Shown here: piece after piece, positions 1-13,681 of the stretch | Layout: every line of letters begins with the position of its first letter | Position numbering within the stretch: position 1 is the first letter of the stretch | From: Nymphaea colorata | Lineage: Eukaryota | Assembly: GCF_008831285.2 (NCBI RefSeq) | Contig: NC_045138.2 | Span: 17,856,001 to 17,920,000 of the forward strand | Reading direction: 5' to 3' | Length of the DNA: 64,000 bases | Notes under the pieces: model-generated | What the model saw: the letters and a program-made list of their open reading frames with translations, nothing else | What the model was told of the DNA's origin: nothing | Database searches by the model: none | Translations under genes and position numbers: made by a program

Positions 1-3000
1 AGATCCATATGCACAGGAATTTGGTATTAAAATAAGTGAAAAGCTTGCATCTGTTGAGGCTCGGATTCTGCCTGCACCATGGGTAATCTCTTGTTCATAC
101 AGTATATGTGATGCTGATAATTTATCATGTAGATGCAAAGCATGTGAGGTAAAAGGTTACATGCTTTTTCAGCTGAAGTATCATGAGACTGGAAAGGAAA
201 AAGACTGCTTGCCTCATATTGGCCAGTGGAATATGATGAATAAGGTAGGTTACATGCAATTTGAACCCTTGACATGACACAAGCTATACTAACGTTCATG
301 ACTTCATGTTGATTGGGTGATTGACAACTAAAGGCCAACTATCCTACTACCTTCTTGAAGGATTGAAATTTTATGTTCTCCTTCTGGTGTTTCTTCATGT
401 CTCTGAGATTTCTAACGTTTTCTCTTTGGTTTATTTGATGGCAGAAAATGATCAATGGTAGTAAAGTTAGTCATTGGGCATGTATAAACTTCTCACGAGG
501 TGTTCAACAGAGTGTAGCATCCACCTTTTGCAATGAGCTGGCACAGATGTGTCAAGTATCTGGCATGGTAATTTGCAAAGTCTTGGATCATGTTAACTCT
601 AAAAGTTTATGCTTTTCAATGAATGTCCTCTGAGTTCTCCATGGTTGCATTGCATCTGAAAATCAACAAATAATAATGGAACCAGACAATTTTAATTGAA
701 CATGGAGAAAATAAGCACCAAATTTTTGTTATTCTCCTTTCATCTTGATACTAACTCTCGGTGGAGATGTATTCATAACTAGTTTGACTTGTTTGAACTA
801 TTACAGGAGTTCAATCCAGAATCTGTAATACCAATATATACAGCCAGACCTGAACAGGTAGAGAAAGCTCTTAAGCATGTATATAATGCATCGATGTGCA
901 AACTCAAGGGCAAAGAATTGGAACTCCTTGTGGCAATTTTACCCAACAACAATGGTTCTTTGTATGGTAAATTTCCTTCTTTTCTATCTGCTATTAAATG
1001 CCTTGAATTTCACTCAATAAACCTCCATTTGTTAAAAAATTCAAAGAGATTGCCAATTTTGCAGGGGATCTCAAGAGGATATGTGAAACTGATCTAGGCT
1101 TAATATCTCAATGCTGTCTCACAAAGCATGTATTCAAGATAAGCAAGCAGTATCTGGCCAATGTCTCACTGAAAATTAATGTAAAAGTAAGTGACTGGTA
1201 TTTTTGTTCAATTATTGAAAGCTATGTTGTTTAGTATGATAACCTAGATGAGACATGCATCACTGAACCTACAGGCTGGTGGGGCCTAAACCATCCCAGG
1301 CTCCCTTGTGGTAAATGGAAATTTAGTTGAGTAGCTGCAGCACATTCTTTTCATGATTTTAAAGTTTTGTCAAACATTGACCTAACTATGAAGATGTCTG
1401 CCACCTCCATATTCATGCAGATGGGAGGAAGAAACACAGTCCTTTTGGATGCCATTAGTTGGAGAATACCTTTGGTTAGTGATATACCCACTATAATATT
1501 TGGAGCAGATGTGACTCACCCAGAGACAGGGGAAGATTCTAGTCCATCAATTGCAGCTGTAAGTGTGGTTTCCCAGCCTCTTCCTGCCAGTTTCCTAGCA
1601 TGTTGTATTTGTTCATTCAAATTCTTACAGGTTGTAGCCTCCCAAGATTGGCCAGAAGTTACACAGTATGCTGGACTGGTTTGTGCCCAAGCTCATAGGC
1701 AGGAGCTTATACAGGATTTGTACAAGACATGGCATGATCCAGTTCGTGGCACTGTTAATGGTGGCATGATCCGGTATGCAATTTTTCTAGTTGTAGATAA
1801 ACTTGGTAGCACATTTTACATTGAAATGGTACTTTCGTTTTTTGTGGAGGGTTCTTCCTTAGTTGCACAATGTTTTTTGTCAAATGATGATTTAACTTGT
1901 TGCATCTAATGTCTTGAAATTTCAGGGACCTCTTGATTTCATTTAGAAAAGCGACAGGCCAGAAGCCTCTGAGAATAATATTCTATAGGTTTGTTAAACA
2001 TCTCCTTAGGAAATGTCTACCTATTTATAATGTACATTTGCCTAATATTGTATGTCACTGTGACTGAATTTGTGTTTTCCATGATTTTTCTTCCTTGAAT
2101 AATTGAATTGTTGAACCTGGAGTCAAAAGGCTTGTTCATTCACCTGTGAGACAAGCAGGTGCCCATGGTCAATCTAGCTAGTACAATGTTCGGTAGCATG
2201 GATATCTAGCACTTACAAATCTGCTGTTGGAGAAGCTGACAGAACTAATTTGTCATGTGTTGCGAAACCAGGGATGGTGTTAGTGAGGGCCAGTTCTATC
2301 AGGTGCTGTTGTATGAGTTAGATGCAATTCGGAAGGTAAACATGGGAGCCCATTTTGCTTTTGAACTAGTTAATTATGATTAAAGCTCTATTTGGAATGG
2401 CTGTGGTAAAATTTGAGAAACAGGCCTGTGCATCCTTGGAACCGAATTATCAACCACCAGTGACCTTTGTTGTCATTCAAAAGCGGCATCATACAAGATT
2501 GTTTGCCAGTAACCATAAAGACAGGGGAAGCATGGAAAAGAGTGGCAACATTCTTCCTGGTAATTTCTTTAGTGTATTTATCTTGTAGGTTTATGCTTAT
2601 ACAGTAATTGTGATTCACCGGTTTTATTTTTTGTGATATCAAAGTGTATATGCCATGTATTGCACTTGGTTGGTTTCTTTATTATTTATGCTTATTGATG
2701 TTAATTCTGGTCTCCATGAATAGTTCTTATAGGGTTTCATAAATTTTGCAACTGAAAATCTTTTATTATCACTAGGCACTGTCGTGGATTCAAAAATTTG
2801 CCATCCTTCTGAGTTCGATTTCTACCTGTGCAGTCATGCTGGGATACAGGTGAGAAAATGGTAGCAATATCAGAATATTCGGTCCATTTCCAAGTTTATT
2901 AACTACTTAGGTAGGCCTACTGTAATCCTTTAGTACAGCTATAACTGTGATGTTGATCGATGATGTTGAGGTGGTCATCTCTTTCTTGCAGGGCACCAGC

Positions 3001-3844
3001 CGGCCTGCTCATTACCATGTTCTGTGGGATGAGAATAATTTTACAGCTGATGGATTGCAGTCCTTGACCAACAACCTGTGTTACACGTGAGTGTGTCTTT
3101 GCATGCATGCTTTCATGCATGTGTTGGTGCAGAATGCTTATGTGTGTGTGAGAGAGAGAGTAGCTAGTTATTAGTTAGAGTTCAACTATGCAATCAGTCC
3201 AAAATACATTTAGTGGTCATGTGGATGTCATGCCTGTAGCTGCTACTGTGAACCTATGATTTAAATTTTGATACTGAAGCATTATGTCCATGTTTACGTG
3301 AAATGTGGATCATGTTGCAAAAGATAATCTGTCATTGACTCTCTGATATTCTAAGTGACGATCTAATGCCATCCTGTCTTGGTGAATCTTTTCCAATTAT
3401 CCTTCAAGCCCTTCTAATTGTGAGGTTGTATCTCTTCCAGATATGCAAGATGTACCCGCTCTGTCTCTGTTGGTAAGTGCTTCTTGTTCCTTCAAATGCC
3501 AGACCACCACATTTGTCTTTGAATTTTTTGGAGTTAATTAAATTTCATGTTCAGAGAGATTAATAGAAGGGGCATTACTTAGTTATGTGAACTTTAGTCT
3601 AGATCTGTCTTGGTAGTTATCTACTGCTCATACTTCTGTATGTTATGTATCTGTAGTTCCACCTGCTTACTATGCACACCTTGCTGCATTCCGGGCAAGA
3701 TTCTATATGGAGCCTGATGTGCCAGAGAATGGTTCTCCTCCAGGTGATTGTGGCTTGGTGTCTACTCAAAATGGTTGCTCATCGGGTGTGCGGCCTTTGC
3801 CTGCTTTAAAAGAGAATGTGAAGAAAGTTATGTTCTACTGCTGA
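1..3844 (+). CDS. AGO10: Argonaute 10 (PINHEAD/ZWILLE)-like protein, 5'-partial; L2-MID-PIWI region
   Basis: GT-AG exons read by eye: 1-82, 173-244, 445-567, 807-966, 1065-1186, 1421-1558, 1631-1773, 1926-1988, 2272-2335, 2424-2559, 2776-2849, 2992-3086, 3441-3472, 3657-3844. They encode [100 protein letters not shown] and the C-terminus [33 protein letters not shown] and [12 protein letters not shown] fit the AGO10 clade better than AGO1 (DALSRRIPLVSDRPT). The slicer residues D-E-D-H are intact. Confidence 0.93.
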
Positions 3845-4959
3845 AAAACTAAAGAAGGATTATCTCTTCTCCGTTAGTTCTTCATTGTATATATGTACTA
3901 GTGATTAATGTTTCTTTTTCCATTATTAGCATGCCCACAATCTCTTTACATTTTGCTGCCTAGGATGTTAGATAAGGGTCAACTAGTCTTTCATAAGGAA
4001 TGAAATGAAAAAGCTCGGTCCGTCAGCGTGAATGCAATAACTGATTCAATGGGGATGGTCACTACTGGGCTGGCCTCACCCATTTTGCGCTGGTTAAATG
4101 CCAGCCTACTGATACAACAGAATATGGAAGGAGAAACAAACTTGTTTTGATCATGTGAAGTAGAAAATCATTGGTAAATCTTGTAGCCTGAGGGATTTGG
4201 CATAGCTGGTTGGGCCAGGGTGGCTAGCCATTTGTGTGACTCCCATGGACATCGACCCCCTGAAAAGTGTATGGGTGAGAAGTACCATCTTCATTGTGGA
4301 AGCAGGATCCATGTGACAGTGTAAAAGATTCTGCACTTATGGAATTGCAGGGTTCACTTCGTGGGTGTTTAGAGTCTTGGATCTGAGATAGAATGGTAAG
4401 GTACAAGCCAAGAGGTGGTCGTTGTCCATATCCTATACCCAACATGTCTTAGGAGATTAGAATTCGAAGTCTGATTTGTTAAGGAAAAACTATTGTTGAC
4501 CCGTGCTGTACTCTGTGTTCTTGTTGTGCACTTAGTTTACTCTCTTTCTTGGCAATGCTTTAAGCTATCAAGCTTCTTGAATGCACTGATTTTCAGATCA
4601 GATGTATGGCCTGATTTTATCAAAACAACAGTGGAAAACTTTACAAGTTCAAATGTGGCAAAGCCAACTTAAAGAATTTGAGATTCTAAGGATGGATGTT
4701 CTTAAAATTTCCAATTGATAGGGTGTGGGGTTCATCTTTATCAAAGTAACCATAAAAACGTTACCTCAATGTTTTATGAATGCAATTCTGGGTGAACAGC
4801 TGAGATCCACACCTCCACCCTAAGATTGAGAGCTGAAGCTTGCACCCATCCTTTTACTGGGCTTTAACTTGTGTATCAATAATCTTCTTTTTTTTGCAGC
4901 ATGAAAGATTGATGCTTGTGACATTTAAAATAAAAAGTATCTGCCTACCAACTCCTACC

Positions 4960-5276
4960 CTAAATCACCCGGATTCTTTTATTTTATTGCCGCACCCGAG
5001 TCACATCGATTCGGGTGCGCACCGGACATGGGTACGGTTTCGATTCACACCCGAGTCCAGTTAGAATGTCATTATTAAATTATTTATATATGTTCTCATA
5101 TTTTCCTATGCAATACAATTATTCAAGTATCTTATATACATTAATAATTAAATTATAATAATAATATATACATACTTATTTTGTTATATATATAATAAAT
5201 TAAAAATAATAATAATAAAATACTCCCTAAATTTTTTGGGATGTACCGTTCCGACACCCGCACCCGCACGACATAG
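4960..5276. mobile_element. Non-autonomous DNA transposon (MITE) with an 8-9 bp target-site duplication; family A copy 1
   Basis: Flanked by identical CTCCTACC at 4952-4959 and 5277-5284. It has imperfect TIRs (CTAAATCAC / rc CTATGTCGT), GC-rich subterminal CACCCG/GGGTAC motifs and an AT-rich core. Confidence 0.8.
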
Positions 5277-7287
5277 CTCCTACCCCAAGTCATTAGAGTA
5301 AGTTACTTGACACAAAGAGCATGGGTCGTGAAATCAAATATAAGTGGCTCCATACTCAAATCGATCCAGTCACATCTTGGCCCTAAACTCACATTTGCAC
5401 TGTAAGTTTCTTGGGTTTCACTCAGATGGCACGTTAGCCGAACTGTGATTGTGTGTTTCATCATGTCCTGATCTTATTAGTTTAGAACTTTACTTGCTTG
5501 CAAGAAGCAGTCTGTTATACATGGTGCATTCCTTAGGAAATGTAATCTTGACTATCCAAATCCATTAAACAGTGAATACCAAGAATTATATCGACAGCAT
5601 ATACTAAGCATCAAAAGGGCGGATTCAGAAAGTTGTCGTAAAATCCAACCTGAATAAACTCAATTTACTGCCGGTTATCACATATTTTCTGGCTAATGTC
5701 TGATGCCCACATGCAGATTATATCTTAAATTCATTTCGCAAAAAATCTTATTAAATCTGTTAATGGGAATTTTTTTTTTAAACTTTTGGTGATGAAAAAT
5801 TTGTTGGTTTGATTGACAGTATACGAATCTTTCCTCCAATATTGAAAAAAGGAACTATGACGACATAATATCATGTGTGCCCTATGACATTAATCAAAAT
5901 GGAACAGAATATTATCTTTGTGATCACTTGGCCTAAAAGAGAACATAGTACATTTGTTACAAACATTTCACGAAGATATATAGCAATTTAAAATTGTTAT
6001 CTCTTTATGCTAATTTGACTTCATTGATTTTCTGAATCTCAGATTATTTAAAGCACTGATCCACCATGATTGACTTTTAGAGGATTCTGATGCAATATGC
6101 ATATAATAAGGTAAAGCAAAGAACATATCTTGCATGAAGGTAGGTGAACAAAATTATTCCACAGGAAAGTATAATCCAGATCTGAACTATTTATTACATG
6201 AGCAGCCAAATTTCTTAATTGGTCTCAGATGATATATCGATATAAATACTTCAAGACATCACAAAGCCAACATTACATCTCTACTTCCATTAGTTAATGA
6301 GTCAAGTATATGATATGTGTTGTGCATGCGAATGTGCCATCATTCGCCTGCTCTATGTATGATCGAAATATATAATGATGATTTCAGGAAAGATAATATC
6401 GAGACGTGTTTAATCAATTATATAATTTGAAAATATGAAGACCCAAAAGGTTTAAACGATAGTAACAAAAAATATGTCTTTTTTATTGCAAAAAATAAAT
6501 TAGCTGTAAAGCTTGTTGTTTTTTTTAAAAACACCAAAACAAAAAAAAAAACATATTTCCATTTTACGCAATTTTTTCACGTATTTTTTTTTATGTCCAA
6601 TTAGTTTCTCATTTATTTTATTTTTACCTCATTTTAGGCTTTTTTAACTTTTTAAAAATTTACCGTATTTTCAGTTTTTTTTAGCGAGAAAAACCTCACT
6701 ATTTAAAACCCAAAAATAATATTTATGACTAGATTTAAACATAAAAGAGTGAATTGTGGCTCATGTTAGGCAAATAAATCACGTTACATTTCTGCAGTCT
6801 TTCACTGTTTGAGTAGGTTGAGACGTTTCTTTGTGTAATTTGGGGTCTTCTTTGGATGTACACCTAGAAAAAGTATATTCCGGAAACAACATTGTATTCT
6901 TGAAAGAGCCCAAAGCGTCACATGAACACTTCGTTATTATCTCAGATTATGGATGTTATTCACAAATCAAACAGAAAAATGTTTAACATAATCACATAAT
7001 GTTCCGTAGAATAAGCACATGGTGTTTTTGAATCAGGAGCTCTAAAACATGTATTTCAAGAAAAAAAGTATTTTTTTTATCAAACACCACCCTCAAAAGG
7101 TTTGCCCTTTCTTCACATTGGAGCTCAAAGCCTCCATGTCTTTTCAATTTGTGCCAAAAAGTTTCTTGGTTAAATAGGAGAACTAGAACTTCCAAAAGTA
7201 TAAAAATGTAGATACTAGATCTTGGTAATATTTCTTGACATGACTGCAATTTTCATTATTTACTACTAAAGATAAGGGGCCTAACGA

Positions 7288-7319
<32 letters not shown>

Positions 7320-7449
7320 GGGAGGGGTGGTGAACCGGTCTACTCGACCTCATAATGATACTCTTAATCTTAACTTCAATAAGATAAGAAAGAATTCAAC
7401 TGAGGACATAGCTATAACACGCCACCAAACTCAACCGGTTGTGCAAAAA

Positions 7450-8115
7450 GAGGGCAAAAACCCTATCACACTAGCCACCAATAGATTACCCTCAATCCAA
7501 GCCAACACCCTTCCATCCAATAATCAAACCTACCACGCCACCCAACCTGCACTACAAACTTTGACACTACTGCTAAATGACAAACTCTTGGGGCAGAAAT
7601 AAAAGAGCCAGACAGAGCTGACAGACATAGCTAAATGACAGCAGCATGAAGCAGCGGCCCCCATTTTTTATTTTTTTTTCCAAAAGCACTTACGCTTCTC
7701 TTGGGATTTGCAGAAAATATTTGATCTCAGATATTTAAGCTTGAGACATCTAAACACAACCAAAGTTCATGTGAGCCAAGAATTCAAGCACTCTTTTGTT
7801 GTTGAAACAAGGGTTTCAACATTCTTAACATAACGTGATTTGTCCTCCCAGCAGTTTGCGTCCCAAGAATATCGAAACCCTAATATATATATATATATAT
7901 ACACACACTCTGGGCAAGGCCTAAAAGTTTGTCTTTTGCAATCATTTGCAATCATGTCAAAGTTTGTAGTACAACTAGTCAGGTTGAGTGGTATGTGAAC
8001 CTACATTGTCAGTTTGATTGTTAGATAAAGTTATCGTGACGATATTGAATTGAAGAGTGTTGGCTTGTATTGACGGTTGTCAATTGATAGCTAATATAAT
8101 AAAGTTTTTGCCCTC
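7450..8115. repeat. Diverged inverted repeat; arms 7450-7566 and 7955-8115
   Basis: The reverse complement of the left arm and the right arm share the colinear blocks TGTCAAAGTTTGTAGT, CAGGTTGrGTGG, GTTTGATTrTTrGAT, GAAGrGTGTTGGCTTGkATTGA and TTTTTGCCCTC. Confidence 0.75.
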
Positions 8116-8155
8116 CCTCTTCTTCATGATCATGCAACCATAAAATTATATTATA

Positions 8156-8196
<41 letters not shown>

Positions 8197-9131
8197 CAAA
8201 TGGCAATGGGTGGCCTATTAATCTAGAAGGCAGGCGATTCGTTCCACATCATTCGGTAGGTTTTCCCTTTTCCCTCTTTTTGGTTCTTTACACGTAAAAA
8301 TCAAAAGCTACGGAAGGCCCACATGTAAACTCATGAGCGTCACAACCATTTCGTCACGACATCGTCACTAGGGCAGCCTATTATCAAAAGGTGATTCCCC
8401 ATAAAAAGTTGCAAATGCTTTACAACTTTTATTTTGTCATAAAAGAAAGCACATTTGGGTGTGTGCCAGTGCACACACAAAGATAATATATATATAAAGA
8501 CGGTTATAACAGACCCTTATATATTAAGTTTTGATGAAAATTTTTTGGGTCATCCATTCCAAAGAGATCTTTAGTAGCATGATGGAGATTGAGTTATAAA
8601 TATAAAAAGCAAACTCTTGTTTTTTAAGAGCCTAAAATAAAAAAGGGAAGTTCGAAACTCACTTATGTCTGCCATTTTTCTTTTCTCCTCTTCATTAAAT
8701 AGTACTTCAGACTCTTGAAAATAAAAAAAAATTGCCTTATATTTTTGCAATTGAATCTCTACCACTTGATCTCCTTAAATCAAGAGCTTAGCTTTTCTAC
8801 CAAATCTAGTATGTAAATGTAGTCACATGTTTCCACCCATCCACACACACACACATATATATAGTTATATATTGAATAGTCACTTGGGCTTTTCAAAGTC
8901 AGCTAGCAATTTAACTAGAACCATTTGATCCATTATAATGGATGATTAAGAAAAAACAAAAATAAATAAATATTTTTGTCATTTATTATTAGTTGATACC
9001 TTTTTCTCTTTGTTTTGCTCAACCATAAATGATTGATGACTTTTGATAGCCAAAGTCATATATATATATATATATATAGAAAATGGCTCTGATTGAAAAA
9101 GTAAAGGGAAAAATAGGGAACAAATAAGGTG

Positions 9132-9169
<38 letters not shown>

Positions 9170-12100
9170 CATGCAATGGATCAATAACCATTAGAAATTG
9201 TAGTGATATAGCAGGAAAGACTGGATCTCGCAAAGTATCGGGGAACCTGTAAATGATAGAGACAAGTCCTCCCCGACATCTAGACGCTGAAATAAGTGGA
9301 TTTCTGCAAAAATCATTTCCTGCAACAAATTGGAAAAATATGTAACAGTAAATAAGCTTTAATGGGTTGTGATTTAATGGCTGCCAACTTTACCAAGATG
9401 AATGCAACACTTACTGTAATCGTCTCTTGCAACAAGGAAGAGAGGAACAGAAACTTCATCTTCTAGGAATATAGGGAAGTACTTGAAGCGCAGTTCCCTA
9501 ACAGGCCATAGTAAATAGTAAACGTAGCATTTTCGTCCATCATCAGGATGCTCCAATGCTTGGAGGTTTCTCCCTGTTCAAGATTGATGAGAAAAATAAA
9601 AAGAGAAGACAGGCTAAGCATGAGAACTTACTAATCGCGTCCATGGTTCCCGTGATATAACGGTGACAAATATGTGATGAATTGTTGTCACCCCGTTACT
9701 AGAAATCGCTCTTTTGGATAACTACGCTACTCATCTATATCTATTAATTTTGTTCCCTTTTGCTGTTTGTCTCTAGTGGGGTACTCTCTCTCTCTCTCTC
9801 TCTTTCTGTCGGTCTCTCTCTCTCTACACACACACATACATAAGATAAACAGAGAAGTAATTTTGCAATTTAACAAAAGTGAAGACCCAAATTTCCCATG
9901 TACAACCTATGTTGTAGGTATATCAAGAAATAAGATATTACTTAAACCAATTATGAACTATTTGATAATCCTATTTGATAGGTCAGAGGTAGTTAAGTTA
10001 GAACATTTAATTTAAGTATTTTTGAAATATATATGGCCACTTGCGTGCTATTAGATTGTAGTGATTGAAAAATTATAGCGGTGCTCATTTATGAGTTTCA
10101 TATGCAACTATTTGTCAACTCTTGATCAATTCTATATACTAAGTTCAATATGCTGAATATGATTGGATGTCTCATAAATAAAACACATTTAAAATAGTTT
10201 TTGCAAAAACTTAACTAAGATTTACCTTTTTTATTGGACAACTTCCTTTTGAATAGCAACTTTTGTAACCATATAATCTAGAGTTGGGTGTTTGAGATTA
10301 GTGCATATAAATGCTCAAATTTACTGTTATCGAAAAAAAAATTGATTATATATATAGAAACAACTGTGTGAGTTATCCTTTAGTTTTCTTTTCCTTTCAC
10401 GAGAGCTGGTCTCTGCCCTCTTGCAAGATAAACAAACAAAAAACGATATGAACAAATTTTGGCATGGCTAATATTTCTCCCTCTCCCTCCTCAAATAAAC
10501 AAGGTTCTAATGATGCTTCATAGAACTGAAACTTGTGGATGCAGTCAAGATCTTACATATACTAAGACTGTAAATATATGATAGCAGAACATGCAGTTAA
10601 ATTGAACAATATATATGTACATTAAATACCATATACGATACGTTTATGTCTGATAGGAAATGCACGTTCCATGCATGGTCGATCCGATGAATACATAGAA
10701 TAGACTCTATATTCTCTATTAAAAAAGATTTAATGGCATGTGTTCTAGAGATAATTTCGTCCGTAGCAGCACACTGCTGGCTAATATAGCCCGAAACAAT
10801 TGCATACTATTAAAAGGAATACTTTTCAATATATGTGTATGTGAGGTCTAAGTTTTTTGGAAGGAATCGGTAATTAATTCTTTTTAACGTGTGAAGATCA
10901 TTCTAAGAGCCCGTATCAGCCCGTAATGAGCTAAATTTCCAATTTCATTTAAAAACTAAATAATAAATATTCAAAAAATTCAATAAAATAAAAAGTGTCA
11001 AATTTGCAAAACCTGTATTAGCTAGCGTTGCTTGGGCATCATCAACACTGCTAAAGACGGTATATATTAACCAGTGCCATCTAGCAATAAAAAATTAGTG
11101 ATAAGATGATTAACAGAGACATAGAGATAAAAAATACACACCCTGTTAATTTCGGTTTCCAGCTAACAGAAAAACCAAGAAAAATAGCCCAAACTGGAGT
11201 TCAGGCCGGAACAGGCGCACTCCAAAATTGCAATATCATGAATATTGAACATGGTCTGAACGCAAACATGAAGATGGAGGAAGCGGAACAAAAGGAAGAA
11301 CGTGACCATGCCAATATAGTTCGGTCTATAAGAAGCTATATTTCTGGGAACAAAAAATACCACGCTTCCTCTTTTCTGATTACCATTCAACAGTTAAATA
11401 CACATTTTCACAAATTAAACCACCCCAATATTGGAAACCCTAATGTTGGTAAGCATCTTATAGATAATTAAGATGAAATTTTTATCCCTAAATCAAATCA
11501 AAGAAATGTTAAAAATCATGATATCCAGTTCCAATGACATTAGAGCTATACAAAGAAATGAGATGTAAAAGGTCATGCAGCGAATTCTATTCCTAGTTCG
11601 ATGTTCATGTATAAAAAAAAAAAGGGGTGTGGGTCTTTACACGCAAGTTGAAGCACATGACGATCTAACTATCTAATACAGACCGAGAAGTAGCAAAACC
11701 ATCCTGTTCACCAAAGTTGGCTGAGTACATGTGTTTTCTAGATGTAAATCACATTTATATGTGCAATAAGATCTTACCATAATCTTCGAATCTCAGCTAA
11801 AAGTAATCTAACATCTAAACCGTCCATTACTATGGTCAACGAATCAAAGATCAAAGAAGGCTGCACAGGAACATGTAGATCTGTTCGGGCGAGCATGCAC
11901 GAAAAACAAACACAAACACATTCCCCCTTCTCGAATAGTATTAAAATAATGCACGAGATGTACAGCAACAATCATGACTTCACCAAATTTAAAAGTGAGA
12001 CGCGTGTGCGTTAGAAAGAGAGAAAGAGCTGCACTTTCGGTGCAATAACCAAGACAAAAAGAGGGTTGGTTTTTCTTGGAGGCTTGTGCCAACAACAACC

Positions 12101-13650
12101 GCAACAGAGCATGTCAGCACCTTTGGCTTGCTTGATAATGGCGAAAACTAAAGCCCGCAGCTTCACCACCACCATGGCAAGCCATAAGCCATACGTGAAA
12201 TAAGGACCACTGACTCTCTCTACCCTGATGGTCCCTCTGCGAATTCATGTCGCCTGTTCTTCCTGTACCAGGCCTTCCGTCTTATTAATCTTCCACCATC
12301 ATCAATATTTCTGCATACTGCATTACTGTATTCCAGATGTCGATGTGAATTCAAAAGTTTGAACCAATTTTGTTGGTATCGACTAAATCGGCTGAATTGA
12401 ATCGGACAAGTGGCAATCGATTCAATTTACTGGTCAATAAAAGAGTTTCCCACGTCATAAATTGCTCATTTGATACTACTTTCTTAGTTTTTATTATTTT
12501 CTCTATGATTCTTAGTTTTTGAGCAAGGAGATCCGCTGTATAAAGCGATTTGAGTGTTTATAGATGGGAAAATCAGATAATCTATACACACGCAAGACAT
12601 ATATATACATTCCCTTTTAGCTGTTACCGATTTTGTATAGCTATCTGAACTTACAGAAGGAATACGTTAGCAGATTCAAGAGTTCGGCGGACATACATGT
12701 AAAATATAGTATACAAAGAGGAATACCATGTAACCTCTCTTTCTCTCTCTGGCTTTTGAAGGTGAGATCATCACCATAGTTTGAACGAAATTATTGGTGA
12801 GAGATATGAAGCGATTCACATTGGCAACAAGGACAGGCATGCACAAATATGCAAGATCTAAGGCATGCGGTATCATTTTGTGAGGACGCCCTTAAGGCCT
12901 CGTGATATACAGATAGAAGTATGGTCCATTTGCCATTATCGTAGCGTGAAGGTGAGTCTAGCGGACCAACAAGTTAATTAACGATAGCAGGTGGTACTGT
13001 GATAATAAATCTTTCCGTGGCTTGCCTCCATAACTAAAGTTGCAGAGACCCTCATTATAAGGTATCATGCTCTACGCATGTATGAAAGAGAAAGAGAGAG
13101 AGAGGGCGGCCATGGCCAATGTATTGTGGAGATCTGGTTCATGCTTTCTTTTCTTACCGCTGGTCAATGCATTTTACATGCCAACAGAAAGCCACTCATA
13201 ATTTTGCACCTGAACTGTATTAAACAGTGATGGATATTAGCTTGTTTCTAGCAACAACACAAGACAAATTTGGGATGAGGTCTGTCTAAAAGTGTTGCCA
13301 TTAGCTATCCTGGCTTTGCCTAAAACCTAAACCACAAGAAACAGAACGCAATTTACAACAAAACCATGGCATGAGTTTGCTCTTCCTATTGCCTTCAGAA
13401 AGAGACAGTAAAGGAGGTTTTACACAGAAAGAGGTCGAATCAAGCTGAACGGGCTGATGAGGTGATCAGTCTTTCGAAAGAAATGGGAGGGAACAGAAAA
13501 GGATAAAGAGAAAAGAGCAAGAGAAAGAAAAGCAAATTAAATTACACTACTAGCTCTCCCTCTAACAAGGGAAAACTGTAAAAAGAATAGGCATTGTCAT
13601 ATGCAACTTGCACCTTTACTTCCAAAGAATTGGTCAGACAAACACACACA

Positions 13651-13681
<31 letters not shown>

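Noticed and set aside
1..3844. Alternative call as AGO1
   Set aside because: The diagnostic segments ([34 protein letters not shown]) fit AGO10 better. The N-terminus, where AGO1 has its miR168 site, is outside the window, so a phylogeny is needed for certainty.
11106..11471. 121-aa ORF, and similar ones at 20351-20785, 34013-34363 and 35994-36413
   Set aside because: No recognisable domain, no supporting exon chain, and intergenic-like composition. Non-coding exons cannot be excluded without RNA data.
13450..13485. Hammerhead-like CTGATGAG...CGAAA spacing
   Set aside because: Stem II pairs poorly and I found no stem I, stem III or NUH cleavage triplet in the purine-rich flanks.
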